A stretch of 22,273 bases of DNA from an uncultured archaeon (lineage in GTDB: Archaea; Asgardarchaeota; Thorarchaeia; Thorarchaeales; Thorarchaeaceae): NCBI GenBank assembly GCA_964473825.1, contig CAYYQL010000040.1, positions 1-22,273 on the forward strand, read 5' to 3'. Shown here one piece after another: positions 17,781-22,273 of the stretch. Under the pieces are notes generated by a model. It did no database searches and was not told the origin of the DNA. It saw nothing but the letters and a program-made list of their open reading frames with translations. The number at the start of each line of letters is the position of its first letter. The first letter of the stretch is position 1. The position numbers were made by a program, and so were the translations under genes.

Positions 17781-19604
17781 CTAAAGAGGCCAGAACCACA
17801 ACACCAATGGGGCTGCTAACAGAATGACAACAATCTGCAGAGGAAGACCTACCCGTGAGAAGTCAGTGAATCTGTAACCCCCTGGCCCCATGACCAAGGT
17901 GTTAGATTGATGTGCAATGGGTGTGAGGAACGCGCTTGAACCTCCAATAGACACCGCCATCAGGAAAGGATCTATCGACACACCTAATGCCAATGCAATG
18001 CTTACACCTATGGGAGCCATCAGGACTGTTGCGGACACGTTATCCACGGCACATGATAGAAGCATAGTCACGACCATCAGGATGACGATGAAGGCAGCTG
18101 GAGGTAATACACTACCGGTTTCAAGAAACAGGTCTGCAATTAGCTGGGCCCCTCCCGTGACCTCTAGTGCATGTCCGATTGGAATCATAGCACCGAGTAA
18201 TACTATGACTGACCAATTGATGCTCTTGTAAGCTTCGTCGGGAGATACAAGTCCCAAAACAACCATTCCAACAGCAGCAAGGACAAAGGAGACTTGGATG
18301 GGTAGTAGACCTATTGCAGCAGCTACTAGTGAGGCTCCAAAAAGGGTAATAGCAGGGAGCACACGTCGCGGCTTACCCAGTGTTATGTGTCTCTCAGCTA
18401 GTGGGAGACACGCAAGCTCAGACAGGATTTCAGACATTTCTTCCGCCTGCCCATGTAACAACAAGGTATCTCCCGACCGCAATCGGATATCACGAATCCG
18501 AGCTCTCAACCGCTTTCCTTGGCGCGATACGGCCAGAAGATCCACACCAAAACGAGTGCGCATCTTCATTTGTCGTGCAGTCTTGCCGGTTAAAGGGGAG
18601 TCTGTGGTGACCACAACTTCAATGACATGTACGTCATCCGGTAATAGCATCCCTCCGTCAGACTCTTTGCTTTCTATGAGCTTGAGTTCGCCAGCATCGA
18701 TTAGCATCTTCAGGTCTAAGGCTTCTCCTCTGACAACAAGACTGTCACCTGCTTTCAGACCTCTCATTTTCGAGGGCGAACGAAAATGCTCGTCTTCGCG
18801 TACGAGGGATATCACTGCCACATCAGCTTCTGCTGCTGATTCAAGGTCACGGATACGCTTCCCAACCATCTTGGAATCCTCAGGCACATAGACTTCGGTT
18901 ATGTAGTCTTCAACAAGAGAAAAAGGTTCATTCATCTCTCCCTCACGTTGAGGTATGAGACGCCATCCAACTAATGACATAAACAAGAATCCAGCAAGAG
19001 CTACACTGAGACCAACAGGCGTGAAGTCAAACATGAGGAAGGGTTCAACACCGTACCGACCCCTGAATGTTGCGATAATTATGTTTGGAGGGGTGCCAAT
19101 CATCGTTATCATTCCCCCAAGCATTGAGCAGAACGCTAGCGGCATGAGGAGAAGCGAGGGCGACTTACCGCTTTTCCTAGCCATTCGAATTGCCACAGGA
19201 ATGAGAAGCGCCAAGGCGCCTACGTTGTTCATGAAGGCTGAAAGCACCGTCACTAACCCAGTGAGTGTAAGAAGCTGAACAACTGTGCTGTTTCCAACCC
19301 GAAGGGTCCAGTTGATGATGGTGTCCACGAAACCTGAGTTGACCAGTCCTCGGCTGATAACCAATACGGCTGCGACTGTGATCACTGCGGGATGACCAAA
19401 GCCCAAGAACACTTGGTCCAAAGAAATCACACCTGCGACTGCGATTGCCAGCAGAGCAAACAACGCCACAATATCGTAACGCCAAATGTCAACAACAAAC
19501 AAGATAAGTGTCACAGCTAGAACTGCGAAGACCACTGCAAGTTCAGTTGATATGGGCAACAATGCGATACAGGTCCTCCTTTCGCGATAGGCCCTACTTT
19601 TCAT
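17781..19604 (-). CDS. SLC13/CitMHS family permease with two TrkA-C domains (likely start TTG 19562 or 19559)
   Basis: Motifs SAFMNN, GGMITMIGTPPNII, two TrkA-C repeats (V.EDS.MVGK, V..DSPLTGK) and FLTPIAHQSN.LV.GPGGYRF.DF. AGGAGG RBS at 19575-19580. Confidence 0.92.
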   Translation of the reverse strand: MKSRAYRERRTCIALLPISTELAVVFAVLAVTLILFVVDIWRYDIVALFALLAIAVAGVISLDQVFLGFGHPAVITVAAVLVISRGLVNSGFVDTIINWTLRVGNSTVVQLLTLTGLVTVLSAFMNNVGALALLIPVAIRMARKSGKSPSLLLMPLAFCSMLGGMITMIGTPPNIIIATFRGRYGVEPFLMFDFTPVGLSVALAGFLFMSLVGWRLIPQREGEMNEPFSLVEDYITEVYVPEDSKMVGKRIRDLESAAEADVAVISLVREDEHFRSPSKMRGLKAGDSLVVRGEALDLKMLIDAGELKLIESKESDGGMLLPDDVHVIEVVVTTDSPLTGKTARQMKMRTRFGVDLLAVSRQGKRLRARIRDIRLRSGDTLLLHGQAEEMSEILSELACLPLAERHITLGKPRRVLPAITLFGASLVAAAIGLLPIQVSFVLAAVGMVVLGLVSPDEAYKSINWSVIVLLGAMIPIGHALEVTGGAQLIADLFLETGSVLPPAAFIVILMVVTMLLSCAVDNVSATVLMAPIGVSIALALGVSIDPFLMAVSIGGSSAFLTPIAHQSNTLVMGPGGYRFTDFSRVGLPLQIVVILLAAPLVLWFWPL

Positions 19605-19870
19605 AATAACTCTATCGTCTTCGGAATCCAGAGAGCATGAAATTACCCGGATTCCCCACTTGGTTCATGAAACAGCAGTACAGATATGTATGAGATTGCC
19701 TTTGCCGAAATGCTATATCTGAAACCGGCTGAGAAGGGGTCAAACACAGAAGTTTCTTCTAAGTGACATCCAGTAACCAAATTGTAGTAGATATGTTGTC
19801 GGGTTCGCGAGGGTGTAAAAAGAGCCAGGTGACTGAAAAGCCGACCTTCTGTACGCGATTCCACAAGCAA

Positions 19871-19883
19871 AGATTATATTAAT
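19871..19883 (+). promoter_or_regulatory. Archaeal TATA-box-like element for a probably leaderless permease mRNA
   Basis: TTATATTAA preceded by purine-rich CAAGCAAAG, centred about 25 nt upstream of ATG 19904. Confidence 0.45.
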
Positions 19884-19903
19884 CTGCAATTTCCTCGAAA
19901 ATT

Positions 19904-21223
19904 ATGTCAGTTATCCAAGAAAAGCTATTTCACAGGAACATTGGCGTTTTCGGGCTCACGATGCTTGGTGTCGGGGCAACCATAGGCGCTGGCGTCTTCG
20001 TGTTGCTTGGTGACGCAACCGCAATAACTGGACCTTCGGTCATTATCGCTTTCATTTTCAATTTCGTCCTAGCTCTGGCTATCGCTATGCATTATGGTGA
20101 GATGGCTGCAATGTATCCTGTTGAGGGCGGCGGGTTTTCTTTTGTTGAAGAGGCATTCGGAGGGTCTGCATATTATGTGGGTTGGCTCATCTGGATGGGA
20201 AACATGGCCTATGCATCCTTCAGCGCTTCAGCCTTTGCATTGTACATGACTAGTGGTACAGTCATTCCAGCACTCCCCGTGGCTGTGATAACGTTCCTGA
20301 TCTTCACAGCTGTGAACTTCTCAGGAATTACCAGAGTTGTTGAGGTCGAGAAGCTGGTCACCGCCCTACTAATCGGCATGTTCGTCATATTCATCTCCAG
20401 AGGAGCAATCATAACTGATATCTCAACTTATCAGAATCTGTTTCCAAATGGTGTTCTAGCGCTTCTGCCTGCCACGAGCCTTGTCTTTCTGTGCTATATT
20501 GGATTTGAAACGATCACAACAATTTCTGCTGAGGTGAAAGAACCGAAGACTACTATCCCAAAGGCACTGATAGGGGCGGTCATCATATCTGGCATCCTTT
20601 ACACATCTTTCGCCTTCGTGTTTGCAGGGGCTGTGAGTGTTGAAACGATAACCACTCCGGAGGTCGCTCTTCTTCAGTTCTTCGAGACTGACATCATGAG
20701 AGAACTGCTGCTCTTTGCGGCTGCACTTGCAACACTCTCCACCTTGAACATAGCACTCATGGCAGCCTCTAGAAACGCCTATGCCCTCGCACGAGATCAC
20801 TTCTTGCCAGAGCTGTTTTCCAAGGTGTCGAAGAGGGACGTGCCGACTAATGCCATCAAGCTCACTGCAATCATCTGCGTGGTTCTCATTTTGTCGGAAG
20901 GTGCCACAGCAATCGCGGAACTATCGAACTTCGCGTATATGCTGGTGGTTTCCATGGTGTGTCTCTCAGTCTTGGCACTTAGGAAGAGATGTGCCGACAA
21001 AGAGAGAGCATACAAGGTCCCAGTGTTCCCCTATGTGACATACTTCGGGATACTCACTCCTTTAATCCTCATACCATTCCTAGGGACACAAGCACTCCTC
21101 ATCGGTGCAGGCTGGCTCATAATTGGCTTCCTTTTCTATAACATCTGGAGATCCAAAGCCTTTCGCGAGTCATGGAACAATCATATTGGAAATGTGGATC
21201 CTCAACTGAGATGTGAGGAGTAA
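19904..21223 (+). CDS. APC superfamily amino acid permease
   Basis: Motifs GVGATIGAGVF, YGEMAAMYPVEGG, YIGFE..T..SAEVKEP.TTIPKA and SR..YALARD; about 12 TM segments. Confidence 0.93.
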   Translation: MSVIQEKLFHRNIGVFGLTMLGVGATIGAGVFVLLGDATAITGPSVIIAFIFNFVLALAIAMHYGEMAAMYPVEGGGFSFVEEAFGGSAYYVGWLIWMGNMAYASFSASAFALYMTSGTVIPALPVAVITFLIFTAVNFSGITRVVEVEKLVTALLIGMFVIFISRGAIITDISTYQNLFPNGVLALLPATSLVFLCYIGFETITTISAEVKEPKTTIPKALIGAVIISGILYTSFAFVFAGAVSVETITTPEVALLQFFETDIMRELLLFAAALATLSTLNIALMAASRNAYALARDHFLPELFSKVSKRDVPTNAIKLTAIICVVLILSEGATAIAELSNFAYMLVVSMVCLSVLALRKRCADKERAYKVPVFPYVTYFGILTPLILIPFLGTQALLIGAGWLIIGFLFYNIWRSKAFRESWNNHIGNVDPQLRCEE

Positions 21224-21389
21224 AAGATTTCCTGCCAACTCAACACATACTGCAGCAAACGAAACGAGGGTACACCAACAGCTAGAGAAAACTTGGACAA
21301 AGGTGGACGTTTCAGCATATGAGTTTATATCCTCCAGCCCATGATTGAGAGCTGGTCCCTCACACAACATCGCTAACCACGACAGAGAC

Positions 21390-21465
21390 TACCCAGTGCC
21401 GTTATCTGGGGGGACAACTCTCTGGTGTCCAGGTCTGTCCAACATACAATGAACGGCTACCCAGT
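21390..21465. mobile_element. Putative 60-nt hairpin mini-element (MITE-like) with 8-bp flanking direct repeat
   Basis: TACCCAGT (21390-21397), then GCCGTT...AACGGC (21398-21457, imperfect palindrome throughout), then TACCCAGT (21458-21465). Confidence 0.5.
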
Positions 21466-21827
21466 TTAACACTTGTTCCGAACAGCTCTACATCGATCGC
21501 TCGTTCAAGTGTCAGCTTGTCAAACCTAGAGTTCAGGCCGTATATGTCCAGTCTAAGAAGGCTGTTTCCAAAGAATACTGTGCAACGCGATTGTTCCCAA
21601 AGGGCTGCCTTCATATCCTGGGCAGACGCAGCAAAACCCTGAGAGTTCAAGTAGTCAACGAATGAGTGGATGTCATCCTCTTTGATACTCGCGATGATGT
21701 CGATATCGACTGTCGTGCGGGGAACGCCGTGGAACATCACTGCAACGCCCCCCACGACAACTTAATCAATTCCCCTCCTTTCGAAGTATCGAGAAACAGA
21801 TTGCAGAACCTCACGAAACTCGTCCAT
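21402..21827 (-). pseudogene. Nucleotidyltransferase (DUF6036/AbiEii-like) pseudogene
   Basis: From ATG 21827: MDEFREVLQSVSRYFERRGID*VVVGGVAVMFHGVPRTTVDIDII. The in-frame TAA at 21762-21764 sits where Tyr is expected (YxxxGGxA..HG..R.T.DID motif). The C-terminus is lost after KLGS at about 21458. Confidence 0.8.
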
Positions 21828-21981
21828 GATATCTGTCACCTGCGATTCGAAGAGCCAACGCAGATAGTTCAAGCCCCATGATTAGAGTTTCGAGACCAGT
21901 ATAACGCCTTGCACGTATTGCGGTACGTATCTGATCAAGATCTCTGCGGAGCTTCACTTGAGCGGAAACTGAGCAGGTCAT
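21811..21981 (-). CDS. Small hypothetical protein, possible antitoxin/partner of the nucleotidyltransferase
   Basis: 56-aa ORF MTCSVSAQVKLRRDLDQIRTAIRARRYTGLETLIMGLELSALALRIAGDRYHGRVS overlaps the NTase start by 17 nt. It is below the ORF-track cutoff and its start is uncertain. Confidence 0.5.
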   Translation of the reverse strand: MTCSVSAQVKLRRDLDQIRTAIRARRYTGLETLIMGLELSALALRIAGDRYHGRVS

Positions 21982-22063
21982 TCTCCATTCGCATCCACTC
22001 TATTCAGATTCTTCTCATATATCCTACTGTGCATCTTGGGCAAAACAAAGAATCCAAGGAGTA

Positions 22064-22138
22064 TGACCGGCGCGCCCTTGCGGGGCGTGTCCAACCCGGC
22101 TCACATCTTTACGCCGGGCCTTCATCCGCCGCCAGTCA
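22064..22138 (-). promoter_or_regulatory. Eukaryote-like SECIS element (Asgard-type)
   Basis: Minus strand GGCGG-AUGA-A-GGCCCGGC-GU-AAA-GAUGUGA-GCCGGGUU-G-GA-C-ACGCC. It has an AUGA/GA core, an 8-bp upper stem and an apical AAA 11 nt after AUGA. The outer helix is UGACUGGCG/CGCCGGUCA. G-U pairs occur only on the minus strand. Confidence 0.85.
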
Positions 22139-22273
22139 CTAACTCCTTCCGGACTATCTCGCGACCCTCATCGTCCACAACGACGAAATGAGCGCCGCAG
22201 GATAGTCAGCAGTCATAGCACCTGACAACCATCTCGAGGAGGTTGAGCAGGCCTTCATCTATTTCATCTGTCA
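22122..22273 (-). CDS. vhuU: Selenocysteine-containing [NiFeSe]-hydrogenase active-site peptide VhuU-like (or the C-terminus of a large subunit); 5' end at the window edge
   Basis: Manual translation (x)TDEIDEGLLNLLEMVVRCYDC-U-LSCGAHFVVVDDEGREIVRKELVTGGG*. TGA at 22206-22208 occupies the first Cys of the hydrogenase DPCxxCxxH motif. Stop TGA at 22122-22124. The strand enters the window as ..TG ACA, compatible with ATG at 22274. Confidence 0.88.

Noticed and set aside
19620-19725. Short inverted repeats (GGAATCC/GGATTCC, CAGATAT/ATATCTG) in the divergent transporter promoter region
   Set aside because: 7-bp arms with long spacers are within chance expectation, and no regulator is nearby.
21762-21764. 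In-frame stop in the NTase as programmed recoding
   Set aside because: It is TAA at a Tyr position, not TGA/TAG at a Cys/Lys site, and the gene is also truncated.
22101-22124. Second UGA of vhuU read as another Sec
   Set aside because: It lies within the SECIS core itself, and readthrough gives only RPGVKM before another UGA.
375-22142. Numerous short antisense or alternate-frame ORFs in the track (e.g. 949-1209, 1417-1830, 9544-10110, 13881-14336, 18298-18891, 21909-22142)
   Set aside because: They overlap well-supported genes and have no recognisable motifs; they are shadow ORFs.

Overview
Archaeal chromosomal window, most likely Asgard (Thorarchaeota/Lokiarchaeota-like). The host call is inferred from a single-OB-fold SSB, TATA-led leaderless genes and a eukaryote-type SECIS. 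Most of the window is mixed metabolic genes: two nitroreductases, DsrE, an eutA with no eutBC nearby, GNAT, MscS, TsaA/TrmO, acyl-CoA thioesterase, a ~7-TM histidine kinase, a YkgJ-type Cys-cluster protein, SSB, GH3 glucosidase, a HisN-type IMPase, and SLC13 and APC transporters. Highlights largely missed by the ORF track: (1) At the right edge is a VhuU-like [NiFeSe]-hydrogenase peptide with an in-frame TGA (Sec) in RCYDC-U-LSCGAH. It is followed by a eukaryote-like SECIS whose AUGA core contains the gene's own stop codon. (2) A tightly coupled three-gene operon encodes a FabK/nitronate-monooxygenase flavoenzyme, a rifampin-phosphotransferase/PigC-architecture dikinase and an AttH/CrtC-like beta-barrel protein; it looks like an uncharacterised small-molecule pathway. 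(3) A decayed small-ORF + nucleotidyltransferase module is interrupted by a 60-nt hairpin element flanked by an 8-bp direct repeat. (4) A structured intergenic stretch shares 26/30 nt with the 3' arm of the SECIS region.
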